A DNA stretch of 64,000 nt from Desulfosoma sp. GTDB taxonomy: Bacteria > Desulfobacterota > Syntrophobacteria > Syntrophobacterales > DSM-9756. The notes below the pieces were generated by a model. It did not search any database and was not told the DNA's origin. It saw only the letters and a list, made by a program, of their open reading frames with translations. Positions 50,014 through 58,759 of the stretch are shown here, one piece after another. Each line of letters begins with the position of its first letter. Positions within the stretch are counted from its first letter, which is position 1. Where the stretch lies: the NCBI GenBank assembly GCA_037481835.1, contig JBBFKW010000007.1, positions 32,214 through 96,213 of the forward strand, given 5' to 3'. The position numbers and the translations under genes are program-made.

Positions 50014-50107
50014 GGTTTCCTCCTTTACGCCGACCACGGGCGCCGTGGTTGCGGCTTGTAGCGCCCACCGGCCGGGTCAGCCGACGTCCGGGCCTTTGTC
50101 GCGGCGA

Positions 50108-50136
50108 ATTTTAACACCATGCGCTGACGCTGTGAA
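50108..50136 (-). promoter_or_regulatory. Sigma-70-type promoter for the ftsH operon
   Basis: Minus strand TTCACA - 17 nt - TAAAAT with extended -10 TG, about 95 nt upstream of ftsH. Confidence 0.6.
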
Positions 50137-50142
50137 CTGTCT

Positions 50143-51144
50143 TTATGGGCGAGACAGTCCCAGTCTGTCGAGCCCCTTGCGGTACCAGCCGTCGCCGCGC
50201 CGGGTGCGAAAAGATGCCTCAACGGCTTCCACATCGGGCGCCGCCTTCAGAATTTGTCGCAACAGCCTGATTTTCGTTGCGTCATCCAAGAGGGGAATGT
50301 CGCAGACGAAAGACACCCATGCCCTGAAAGATTCCTCGCGCCGCGCCGGCTCTTGGGACGCGCACAGGGCGTGGAGCTTCGTGCATGCCAGCACCAGGTC
50401 CCTTTCTTCGTCGTCGGCAAAGGTTCGGGTGCCGTACACTCGGATGGCTTCTTTGCCCACTTGGTTGATCACGGCGATGGAAAACCAACGGACAAGCCAT
50501 TGGAGGCTTTCCCGGGACAGTTCCTTGCCGACCCAGTACAAGGGGTTGTTCCAATTTTTGATGGACCAAAGCACACGTGCCGCCCTGTAGAGGAAACGAT
50601 GGCGTTTCAAGGATTGGACGAACGCGGATTCGTTCACCCTGCGGTAGGTCCGATAAAGGGTTCGATAGTGCCCAATGGGCCGGCTGGAAAGAAGCCGAAA
50701 GGGCCCCCGACGCACGATGTTTTCAAGGCGGGATGCCGTGCGCCGTGACAGGGCGAGAAGATCTTCCAAAGAAGCCTGGTATTCCGGTTCCTCTTTGTCA
50801 GGGTGATAAATGGAGGCGACGGTGCGCACGATGTCTTGAGCTTGGGCAAGGAAGGCGTCAAAGGACAACGTGATTTCCGTATCCGGCGTGGACCACACCT
50901 TCCGGCGCAGCTCCCGCACATAGGCTACGGCGGCTCGGTCCTTGTCGCTCAAGGAAGACTCTTCGAGAAAACAAAAAGGCTCCTCCGAAGCCTCTTCCAG
51001 CAGCATGTTCCAATGACGGCGCAGCCGTTTGCGGATCAGGTGGATGGAAACAAGGGAGGCGACGGCCAGCACCGAAAGGATGAGACTGACGGGATGGGCG
51101 AAAAAAACGTCTAGGGCCTGCCGAACTGCTTCATGCCAGGTCAT
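50143..51144 (-). CDS. Hypothetical protein with N-terminal membrane anchor
   Basis: ATG 51144 overlaps the upstream stop (ATGA); hydrophobic segment SLILSVLAVASLVSIHLI; NPLYW motif. Confidence 0.7.
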   Translation of the reverse strand: MTWHEAVRQALDVFFAHPVSLILSVLAVASLVSIHLIRKRLRRHWNMLLEEASEEPFCFLEESSLSDKDRAAVAYVRELRRKVWSTPDTEITLSFDAFLAQAQDIVRTVASIYHPDKEEPEYQASLEDLLALSRRTASRLENIVRRGPFRLLSSRPIGHYRTLYRTYRRVNESAFVQSLKRHRFLYRAARVLWSIKNWNNPLYWVGKELSRESLQWLVRWFSIAVINQVGKEAIRVYGTRTFADDEERDLVLACTKLHALCASQEPARREESFRAWVSFVCDIPLLDDATKIRLLRQILKAAPDVEAVEASFRTRRGDGWYRKGLDRLGLSRP

Positions 51145-52286
51145 GGGTTCGAAGGCGCCGCCGACGGGGCAGGGCCGGTCCAGATCCAGTGCTTGAGCGC
51201 AGGCAGGGCGTCCGAGGACCATGAGGGGGTGAGGCGCAGGGTGAGAAATTCTCGGTAGGCGGCGTCCAGAACGGCCAAAACTTCATCGATGAAAAACATT
51301 TTTTCCAGGAATCGGCCGTCCGGATCGTCTTCTTCGCTGTGCGGCAGCTGCTTGGGGGTTTTCAGACCTTTGACCGCCCACAGATCCCGATCCAGACTGA
51401 CCATGTACTCGTTGTCGCCCACTGTGAGGAGCCACTGGGCCTCTTCCACCATCTTGCCCTGGCGGAGTGCTGTGCGGGCTTCATCCAGGGCGCCCGCTTG
51501 GGTCGTGCAGATGACCCGTTCCTTGCCGTCATCCTGTCGGCTCAAAACCACCCGCTCTCCCAAGGCGACGGAAGCGGAAGCGCCATCCGCCAACGGCACC
51601 CGCCCCCCTTGGGTTTCCGTAACGAACCACAGCCAGGTCAGGAACTCGTAGCCGAGAAACCGGCCTTCATGCATGGCGTGTGGGGATTTGAGGGAAATGA
51701 GGCCGGAGAGGACGTCTTTGAGGCGTTCGGGCAAAGACAGGCCGTGGATCGCCCATTGGGCGTGGTAAAGGGGGACAGGATGGAGTTTGAAGATTCCCTC
51801 GAAATGCGCCAAAAAGGCCTCGAGCATTTTCAAACTCGCCGTGCCCACAAGAAGCCGGTGCCGGGCGGGCGCCCACACCACCTCGCAGCCCGACGGCTGC
51901 GGCAGGACGCGCTCCAGGAGATGGTTCTGAATCGCCTCGCGCATTTTGAGCCGTTCGTGCCGGGGCGGATACTTGCCGTCGTGCTCCGCTCTGTAGGCCT
52001 GAACGGCATCGCGTTCATACTGCTTGAACACCAGGGTGGGGACCTTCCGCTGATCCACGCGGAATTGGAAAGCCACGTATTCGGCTTTTCGGTATCCGGC
52101 ATAGGGAAAGGAAGCGTCGAAAAGATCTTCCCAGTGCGCAAACCCCTTCGGGGATTCGCTGCTTTCCGTCGCATCCCGATACGCTCCGTCCCGAAGGCTT
52201 TCGTCGACGAAGGACCAAAAATCAGCGACGGACGGATCCGGCAGATAAAAACGCGTCAGAGTGACCGTTCCCCCCTGGAGAGCCAT
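51141..52286 (-). CDS. RdgC-like recombination-associated protein
   Basis: GTVTLTRF, FRVDQRKVP, FLGYEFLTWLWF, EARTALRQGK resemble deltaproteobacterial RdgC-family proteins (recalled, not searched). Confidence 0.6.
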   Translation of the reverse strand: MALQGGTVTLTRFYLPDPSVADFWSFVDESLRDGAYRDATESSESPKGFAHWEDLFDASFPYAGYRKAEYVAFQFRVDQRKVPTLVFKQYERDAVQAYRAEHDGKYPPRHERLKMREAIQNHLLERVLPQPSGCEVVWAPARHRLLVGTASLKMLEAFLAHFEGIFKLHPVPLYHAQWAIHGLSLPERLKDVLSGLISLKSPHAMHEGRFLGYEFLTWLWFVTETQGGRVPLADGASASVALGERVVLSRQDDGKERVICTTQAGALDEARTALRQGKMVEEAQWLLTVGDNEYMVSLDRDLWAVKGLKTPKQLPHSEEDDPDGRFLEKMFFIDEVLAVLDAAYREFLTLRLTPSWSSDALPALKHWIWTGPAPSAAPSNP

Positions 52287-52313
52287 GATGCCGATCCTGA
52301 AGAGGGTGCCGGG

Positions 52314-52439
52314 CTATGACGTCTGGGCGGCGTCGGCGGGAGGCAGGAGCCCCTTGGCTCGCAGCTTTTTCCTTTTTTCCCGCCTTCTGCGGCGTCGTTC
52401 CAGTTCTCTGCGGCGTTCGATCTTTTTGTGCCGGGCCAT
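52314..52439 (-). CDS. Small Arg/Lys-rich protein (41 aa)
   Basis: GAGGAGG RBS; MARHKKIERRRELERRRRRREKRKKLRAKGLLPPADAAQTS*; too short to appear in the ORF track. Confidence 0.65.
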   Translation of the reverse strand: MARHKKIERRRELERRRRRREKRKKLRAKGLLPPADAAQTS

Positions 52440-52566
52440 AGCCGAGCCTCCTCGTGTATCGGTAAGAACCTTGGAAAACTATGGGAAAAATTGAGCCGGT
52501 CCCCACGGCCGGCTCGTCCATCCATCCATTGCAAGCGGCTTTATTTAACGGATGCCTTCCGAAGCG

Positions 52567-53148
52567 TCAATGGGAAAGCTGCCCGTCCGCCCGTTCCGTG
52601 ACGAAGGTTTCCATAAAACGGCATGCCCCGAAAGCGCTGAGAACGGCTTCCATACCGGGGATCTTCAATTCCCTGAGAAGATCCATGGTTTCCCGGTGGA
52701 CTCTCGCTTCTTCCGCATCCCTTTCCCTTTCCGGAGCTTCGAATCGCTGGAGGAAGCGGGCGAACCGCACCACGTGGATGAGTTCGTGGGTCACAATGTA
52801 GGTGGCCAGCGGAAGTAAGGACAAGTGGGCGTCCCGGGTGAGCGCCTTTCGGATCACATGATCCTGCAGGCAAATCTTGAAATAGTCACCATGGCGGCTG
52901 GCCAGAATCTTATCGCGGGGGGGAAAGGCGTAACGGCGGATTTGAGCAAAGGCCTCATCGGTGATTTCTTCGCCATGGAGGTCCTTGAGGGACTGGATGT
53001 CGTAGCGATAGCGCTTCCACTGGGATGTGGAAATCTTGTAATGGTCGCTGATGAGCTCCTCGGCGATGCGGATGGCTTCCGCCAAGACGAGGATTTCGTG
53101 CCCATCGAAAGGGATGCGTGTGCCGGAAGGCTGCCGTTTCTCCTCCAC
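52567..53148 (-). CDS. Hypothetical protein with HExxH motif
   Basis: YIVTHELIHVVRF followed by EEARVH; 193-aa ORF in a co-oriented run. Confidence 0.7.
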   Translation of the reverse strand: MEEKRQPSGTRIPFDGHEILVLAEAIRIAEELISDHYKISTSQWKRYRYDIQSLKDLHGEEITDEAFAQIRRYAFPPRDKILASRHGDYFKICLQDHVIRKALTRDAHLSLLPLATYIVTHELIHVVRFARFLQRFEAPERERDAEEARVHRETMDLLRELKIPGMEAVLSAFGACRFMETFVTERADGQLSH

Positions 53149-53234
53149 CGTCCATCACCCGTGCCCGAACTTTGTGTGCCGTCCAAACAAGAAATCTATA
53201 GAAGATCGAGAAGAAAAACGAAACCATTTCTTTC

Positions 53235-53264
53235 TTGACGTTAACGTAAGCTTAGGCCTAAAGT
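53235..53264 (+). promoter_or_regulatory. Sigma-70-type promoter overlapped by palindromic operator
   Basis: TTGACG - 18 nt - TAAAGT; perfect palindrome ACGTTAACGT at 53238-53247. Confidence 0.55.
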
Positions 53265-53462
53265 AACCAGGCGCCCGGTCTTCGCCGCAGGGTGCCCGTT
53301 TTTTCACAAGCCGGAAACGCTTTGGCGGGTGTGCCGGGAAAGAAACATTCGGGGCAGGAAAGGGGGGATGAGCCGTCTGTGTCGGCGGAGGGCCGAAGGC
53401 ATGAAGGGGCTATTGTGGAGAAGCGCAATCGCGTTGTGCAACGGATGTGGAGGGGGAATGCG

Positions 53463-55223
53463 ATGAGTTGGAAAGGTGTGGCGATCGCCCTGTTGTGCGG
53501 CTTTGTGGCGACGGTGACGGGGATAGGCGGCGTTTCGGCTCAACAACCGGCCAAGGACATCACGGAAGAAGTCATTGTGGGGCCGGGCAGTGTGAGCGTG
53601 GCCACCAAGAAAGACGTCATGATGAGCTTCGGGGCTTTGGTGCGTTTCATCCCCACGTCGGAATCCAACTGGGATTTCGGGATGAGCGACAATCTGGGAG
53701 GCAAGAGCTTCTTCGGCGGCAAGTACAGTGGAACGCTTTTCGAGACGCACAGCAACGAGAGCGGCACGGTTCGGGGCGGCTATATCCGTAACGAAGACAA
53801 GATCTATTTCAATGCCATGCCGCAGGACCGCAAGTGGTCTTTTTACGCCGCGTTGGAATATGACCGTCCCATCGACACGGACACGGTGGACAACCGCGGC
53901 GGCCGGGGCGACAGCAGCAACTTCGGTCTGGAGCGCCTCAACGTGAGCGTGGCTTTGCCGTACGAGACCCGCTTCCACGCCGGCTGGGACGTGTGGGGCT
54001 TTGATCACTACGACGGGGCCTCCATGGTCTACGCCGATGACAACCCGGGTTTCTGGCTGGACGGCACGGCGGGCAAACTGTCGTACAGCATCGGCTACTT
54101 CAAGCTGGCGGAAAACAACTTCCAGACCAGCCTCACGGGCACCATCGGCAAATATGAATTCGCGGCCAACGATGACGACCGCGATCTCATCGCCGCCTAC
54201 GCCGATTACAAAATCAACGACAAGCACAAAGTAAAATTTTTCTATGGCTATGATCGCATCCGCGCCATTCCGGTGAGGGACTTTTATACGGCGGCCTGGG
54301 GGGCGGCTCGGAGCGCGACGGGCATTAGCATGGCCAAAGTCTATGACCTTCTGGGGCTGGACGGCTCGCCTCCCGACCCCAGCGATCCCGACTTCCCGTT
54401 CGCCTACGGAGCCAAATACGCCGTGAGTGGGGGCAGTCCCAAGACGGATTCCCATCATGTGGCGTCCTACTATGTGGGTAACATCGGGCCCGTGGAACTC
54501 TTCCTGGAAGGGGCGTATCAGTTCGGTTCGGCCGACAACGTCCAAAAGCTCAAATACAGCAGCTATGACATTTCGGCCTATGCCTTGGCGGCCGACGTGA
54601 CCCTGGAACTGAAAGACTGGGTCGGCTTCAGCGTCAAACCCCACGTGGGAGTCATGTATACCTCGGGGGACGACGATCCCAACGATGACAAGCTGGAAGG
54701 CTACAACGGCATTGAAAACGCCCAGCGCTTCTCCAACCGCTGGGGCGGTGAAAACACGATCATCGCCGACACCAACTTTGTTTTGGGGACCGCTCTCTAC
54801 GGATACCTGCCGGAATTTTACGGAAACGGGACACCCATTTTCACCGGCGGGCTGCAGAACTTTGCCGGCTACGGCAACGGCCGCGGCGACAACCCCGGTT
54901 TGACCATGTTCAGTGTGGGCCTGACAGCCTCGCCGAAGAAGTTCATCATCTACCGGACCAACCTGAACAACTTCTGGTGGAACGAAGACATCAAGGTGAA
55001 GAGCTTCGTCTATCCCTACGGCGAAACCTGGGTCAAATCCGGTTACGTCGGTTCCGAATGGGATAACGAGCTCACGGTGGCTCTGCACAAGAACATGTTC
55101 GTCAAGGGGCAGGTGTCCTTCTTCTTCCCGGGTGAGGTCATCGAAGACGTGACGGCCGCTCTGGGAGCCAAGAGCGACGATACGGCATCGCGGGTGGCCG
55201 CGGAGCTCATCTGGAATTTCTAG
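53463..55223 (+). CDS. Outer-membrane beta-barrel protein (porin-like)
   Basis: GGAGGGGG RBS, signal peptide (…GGVSA), Gly/Tyr/Asp/Asn-rich alternating strands, YTSGDDD motif, terminal ELIWNF (C-terminal Phe). Confidence 0.8.
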   Translation: MSWKGVAIALLCGFVATVTGIGGVSAQQPAKDITEEVIVGPGSVSVATKKDVMMSFGALVRFIPTSESNWDFGMSDNLGGKSFFGGKYSGTLFETHSNESGTVRGGYIRNEDKIYFNAMPQDRKWSFYAALEYDRPIDTDTVDNRGGRGDSSNFGLERLNVSVALPYETRFHAGWDVWGFDHYDGASMVYADDNPGFWLDGTAGKLSYSIGYFKLAENNFQTSLTGTIGKYEFAANDDDRDLIAAYADYKINDKHKVKFFYGYDRIRAIPVRDFYTAAWGAARSATGISMAKVYDLLGLDGSPPDPSDPDFPFAYGAKYAVSGGSPKTDSHHVASYYVGNIGPVELFLEGAYQFGSADNVQKLKYSSYDISAYALAADVTLELKDWVGFSVKPHVGVMYTSGDDDPNDDKLEGYNGIENAQRFSNRWGGENTIIADTNFVLGTALYGYLPEFYGNGTPIFTGGLQNFAGYGNGRGDNPGLTMFSVGLTASPKKFIIYRTNLNNFWWNEDIKVKSFVYPYGETWVKSGYVGSEWDNELTVALHKNMFVKGQVSFFFPGEVIEDVTAALGAKSDDTASRVAAELIWNF

Positions 55224-55263
55224 CCTTCCGGATGTTGTTTCCCTTAACGACGTGAACCCCATT

Positions 55264-55306
55264 GGGGTATAGTGGGTGTTCGTTCAAGCCCCTATACCCC
55301 GTTTTC
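55264..55306 (+). terminator. Stem-loop after porin gene (putative terminator or mRNA stabiliser)
   Basis: GGGGTATAG / CTATACCCC 9-bp arms (55264-55300) followed by GTTTTC. Confidence 0.55.
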
Positions 55307-55336
55307 ATTAATCAGATGGTTGTCGGAGACCAATCC

Positions 55337-56401
55337 ATGAAAGGCGTGTCGGCAGCAAATCCCCTCTTGTGCTTCTTGACGCTGTTGGTCCTTGCGGCGG
55401 GAAGCGGCTGTGAGTCGTCCCCGGACATCGTGAGTCGGGATCGGGCGCCCGGCCAAAAGTACTCGGCTGCAGAAGTCCGAGAGATCCTGGTGGATCTTCC
55501 GTTCCTTCTTTCAGGAGATTATTTCCGGGAGAGACAGGATCTCAAGCCCTTTGTCCTTTCGGATATCCTTTCCGGGGCGGGAAAGGGGTCCGCGGAGACG
55601 GCGAAGGAGTCCCAGGAGGCGCAGGAAAAGAGGCTGGCCAAGCTGGAGGCGGCCGTGTTCGAAGGGCGCCGTCCCGGCCTTCCGACCGGAGACGTGCTGC
55701 GATGGAAGGTGGGGTTCCTCATGGATACCCAGGGAGTGCCGTCCTACCTGGCGGATCGACTCCTGACCCAAGCGGATCGCCTATCCGTCACCTACGACGT
55801 GCTTTTCATCCATCACCGGGATCTGGAACAGGTCCTGTCCCAGACGGACTGCCTCCAGCGTCACGACTTAGGGTGCATCGTGCGGATCACGGCCATCTAT
55901 CCGGGCGTGCGCTTTCTCGCCCTTGTGGAATCCCTGAGCGTCCCGGCAACGTTCCCAGGAACGGCAAAGGCCCGGTTCGGGGTTGTGGACGCGGGGGTGG
56001 GCTATCGCTTTCCGCTGCAGCAGATGGAAATGCCCCTCAAGGATCCCGCCGATGTGGAGACCTTCCTGGAACTCATCGCCCGCCGGAGCTATGAGCAGGC
56101 TTTGGACCACAAGGGGCTGATGCCGTGGACGACCCACGTGTTTTCGGATCAGAAGGGGGAATGGTTCGTCAGTGCGGGGCATCGCTCGGGCCTCATGGTC
56201 GGGGATCTCTTGGACATCATCGGGGAAGGGAGGCTGGTCAATTCCCCCACTGGGACCCCGGCGGCTTGGGTTCCGGGAAACGCCAAGGGGCGACTGCGCG
56301 TGGAGCGGCTCTTCGGGGATGACCTGGCCGTATGTGTCCTTGTGTCTGGATCGCCCCCCAACATGGAAGACTGGCTCATACCCGTGCGCACGGCCAAATG
56401 A
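55337..56401 (+). CDS. Putative lipoprotein
   Basis: GGAG RBS; hydrophobic signal ending LAAGSGC; C-terminal AG..SGL.VGD.L beta domain reminiscent of FlgT-C/CsgG-type proteins. Confidence 0.7.
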   Translation: MKGVSAANPLLCFLTLLVLAAGSGCESSPDIVSRDRAPGQKYSAAEVREILVDLPFLLSGDYFRERQDLKPFVLSDILSGAGKGSAETAKESQEAQEKRLAKLEAAVFEGRRPGLPTGDVLRWKVGFLMDTQGVPSYLADRLLTQADRLSVTYDVLFIHHRDLEQVLSQTDCLQRHDLGCIVRITAIYPGVRFLALVESLSVPATFPGTAKARFGVVDAGVGYRFPLQQMEMPLKDPADVETFLELIARRSYEQALDHKGLMPWTTHVFSDQKGEWFVSAGHRSGLMVGDLLDIIGEGRLVNSPTGTPAAWVPGNAKGRLRVERLFGDDLAVCVLVSGSPPNMEDWLIPVRTAK

Positions 56402-56438
56402 GGCCTGTTTTCTCGGGCCTGTCGGGGTGGGGACGACG

Positions 56439-57266
56439 ATGATCCCTTTGCGAGAGAGGATTCAGTGGGCCCTTGAGGAAGACATCGGCTCAGGGGACGT
56501 GACGACCGCGGCCACGGTTCCAGAAGACCGCACGGGCGTTGCTTTTGCGGTGACGCGGGAATCCTGCGTAGTCTCAGGCATGAAAGCCTTCCGGCTGGTT
56601 TACGACATCCTGGACCCTGCGGTGGAGGTCCAAGTGACCCACGACGATGGAAGCCTCGTCGCTGCGGGGACGACCTTGGCTATCTTGCGGGGGCCCTTGC
56701 GCTCCATCCTCACCGGCGAACGAACGGCCCTCAATCTTGTGCAGCGCCTGAGCGGCGTGGCCACGTGCACGCATCGTCTCGTGGAAGCGGTGAGGGGGAC
56801 AGGCTGCGCCATTCTGGATACGCGGAAGACGACCCCATTGTGGAGGGATCTGGAAAAAGCCGCCGTAAGGCACGGAGGCGGGCGCAATCACCGGTTCGGA
56901 TTGTATGACGGGGTGCTCATCAAGGACAACCACATCGCCGCGGCTGGAGGACTGCGTCACGCCGTGGAAAAGGCGCGCTCAAGCAGCTCCCATATGCTGC
57001 GCATCGAAGTGGAAGTGGACACCGTGGAACAGCTCCGAGAGGCCCTCGAAGCCGGTGTGGATGTCGTCATGCTGGACAATTTCTCCCTGGAAGAGATTCG
57101 CCGAGCGGTGTCTCTGGTGCAAGGGCGGGCCTTTGTGGAGGTGTCCGGCGGGATCACGTTAGAAAAAGTGAGAGCCATCGCCGGATGCGGTGTCCATTTC
57201 ATCAGCGTGGGCGCCCTCACCCACTCGGCCCCGGCCATCGACATCGGCCTCGACATCCCGGGGTAA
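56439..57266 (+). CDS. nadC: Quinolinate phosphoribosyltransferase
   Basis: EDIGSGDVTT, ERTALN, DTRKTTP, HRFGL.D.VLIKDNH, EVEV, MLDN, SGGI, GALTHS. Confidence 0.95.
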   Translation: MIPLRERIQWALEEDIGSGDVTTAATVPEDRTGVAFAVTRESCVVSGMKAFRLVYDILDPAVEVQVTHDDGSLVAAGTTLAILRGPLRSILTGERTALNLVQRLSGVATCTHRLVEAVRGTGCAILDTRKTTPLWRDLEKAAVRHGGGRNHRFGLYDGVLIKDNHIAAAGGLRHAVEKARSSSSHMLRIEVEVDTVEQLREALEAGVDVVMLDNFSLEEIRRAVSLVQGRAFVEVSGGITLEKVRAIAGCGVHFISVGALTHSAPAIDIGLDIPG

Positions 57267-57400
57267 CCCATAGAGCTGGAAATAGACCTCGGAGATCACG
57301 CGCACAGCGGGCCGCCCTGAACGTCCCCCGCGGAACGAGCCGGCACAAAAGGCAATCCCTGCCCTCTAGGTTTGATTTTCCGGCTTTGAGGGATCGGCAT

Positions 57401-58750
57401 TCAGCGCCGAAAGACCCCTTTGGCAATGAAACCGGCGGCTTCCCTCGCTTGGCGAAGCAGGGACGGCACGTCCACGGTTTTTAATACCCGGTTGCGCACG
57501 ACCGGCACCCCGTCGACCCACACATGCCGCACGTCGGATGCCCGGGCGGCGTAGACAACATGGGAGACGGGATCGTAGAGCGGGCAAAGATGCGCCTGTT
57601 CCACGTCCAAAGCCACCATGTCTGCTTTTTTCCCCACTTCCAGGCTTCCCGTCTCTTTCCCCCACCCCACCGCGTGGGCTCCCATCCGGGTGGCCATGAG
57701 GAGCACTTGGCGCGCATCGCAGACCGTCGGGTTTCCCGAGACAGCCTTGTGAACCCGAGCGGTCAGGCTCATTTCGGAAAAAAGATCGAGATCGTTATTG
57801 CTGGCGCATCCGTCGGTTCCAAGGCCCACCATGATTCCGGCCTCCAGCATGGCGGGAATGGGGGAAATTCCGGAAGCGAGCTTGAGGTTGCTTTCCACGT
57901 TGTGGGCGATGCGGGTGCCCGTTTCGGCCAGCAGGCGGATCTCATGGTCGTCGACCCACACGGCGTGGGCGCACAGGGTGTGGGTGTCCAAAATCCCCAG
58001 TCGTTCCAGGTGACGAACGGGACTCAGACCGTATTGGGATCGAATCGTATCCACCTCCCATCGGGTTTCTGAGACATGAATCTGGAAGAGCAGCCCCCTG
58101 TCGGTACACAGGCCTTTGGCCCACTGCAGGGTTTCCGGGCGGCAGGTGTAGGGGGCATGGCAGAAGAGGGACGGCCGGAGGCGCGGGGACGTGCGGGGAA
58201 ATTTTTCTAGGAATTCATGGACCCGATCGCGAACGGCCGTGGGGTCGGGCGCGTCCGGCGCCGGGAAATCCAGGATTCCTTGCCCCAACACGGCCCGGAT
58301 TCCGCAAAGGTCCGCAGCATGCGCCGCCGCCTCTTCAAAAAAGTACCCGTCACAAAAGCAGGTTGTCCCGCCGAGGAGCATTTCCGCGCAGGAAAGGAGT
58401 GTACCCAGGAAGACGAAGTCGGGCTTCACGTGGCGGGATTCCGCAGGAAAGATGCGTTCGTTCAGCCAGCGATCCAAGGGAAGGTCGTCCCCCAACCCGC
58501 GAAAGAGGCTCATGGCCCCGTGGACGTGCGTATTGACCAGGCCGGGAAGAAGAACGTGTCCCGGAAGCGTCACGGTCTCTTTCGCTTCATAACGTTGTTC
58601 CAGTGATGAAGGCGTTCCCACGGCCGTGATGGTTCCTTCATGGATGGCGATCGCCCCGGGGCTGAAAACATGAAAGGCTTCGTTGCAGGTGATCACGTGG
58701 TCCACGCGCGTGATAAGGAGATCCACGGAGGTCTTTTCTCGGGTGTTCAT
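57401..58750 (-). CDS. Amidohydrolase, MTA/SAH deaminase (MtaD/DadD) family, copy 2
   Basis: PGLVNTHVH, FRGLGDDLPL, HAPYTC, HVSE, GTDGCASNN. Confidence 0.85.
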   Translation of the reverse strand: MNTREKTSVDLLITRVDHVITCNEAFHVFSPGAIAIHEGTITAVGTPSSLEQRYEAKETVTLPGHVLLPGLVNTHVHGAMSLFRGLGDDLPLDRWLNERIFPAESRHVKPDFVFLGTLLSCAEMLLGGTTCFCDGYFFEEAAAHAADLCGIRAVLGQGILDFPAPDAPDPTAVRDRVHEFLEKFPRTSPRLRPSLFCHAPYTCRPETLQWAKGLCTDRGLLFQIHVSETRWEVDTIRSQYGLSPVRHLERLGILDTHTLCAHAVWVDDHEIRLLAETGTRIAHNVESNLKLASGISPIPAMLEAGIMVGLGTDGCASNNDLDLFSEMSLTARVHKAVSGNPTVCDARQVLLMATRMGAHAVGWGKETGSLEVGKKADMVALDVEQAHLCPLYDPVSHVVYAARASDVRHVWVDGVPVVRNRVLKTVDVPSLLRQAREAAGFIAKGVFRR

Positions 58751-58759
58751 GGGGGTGCC

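Noticed and set aside
53304..55262. 652-aa minus-strand ORF
   Set aside because: Antisense shadow of the porin gene, explained by its codon bias; no motifs or RBS.
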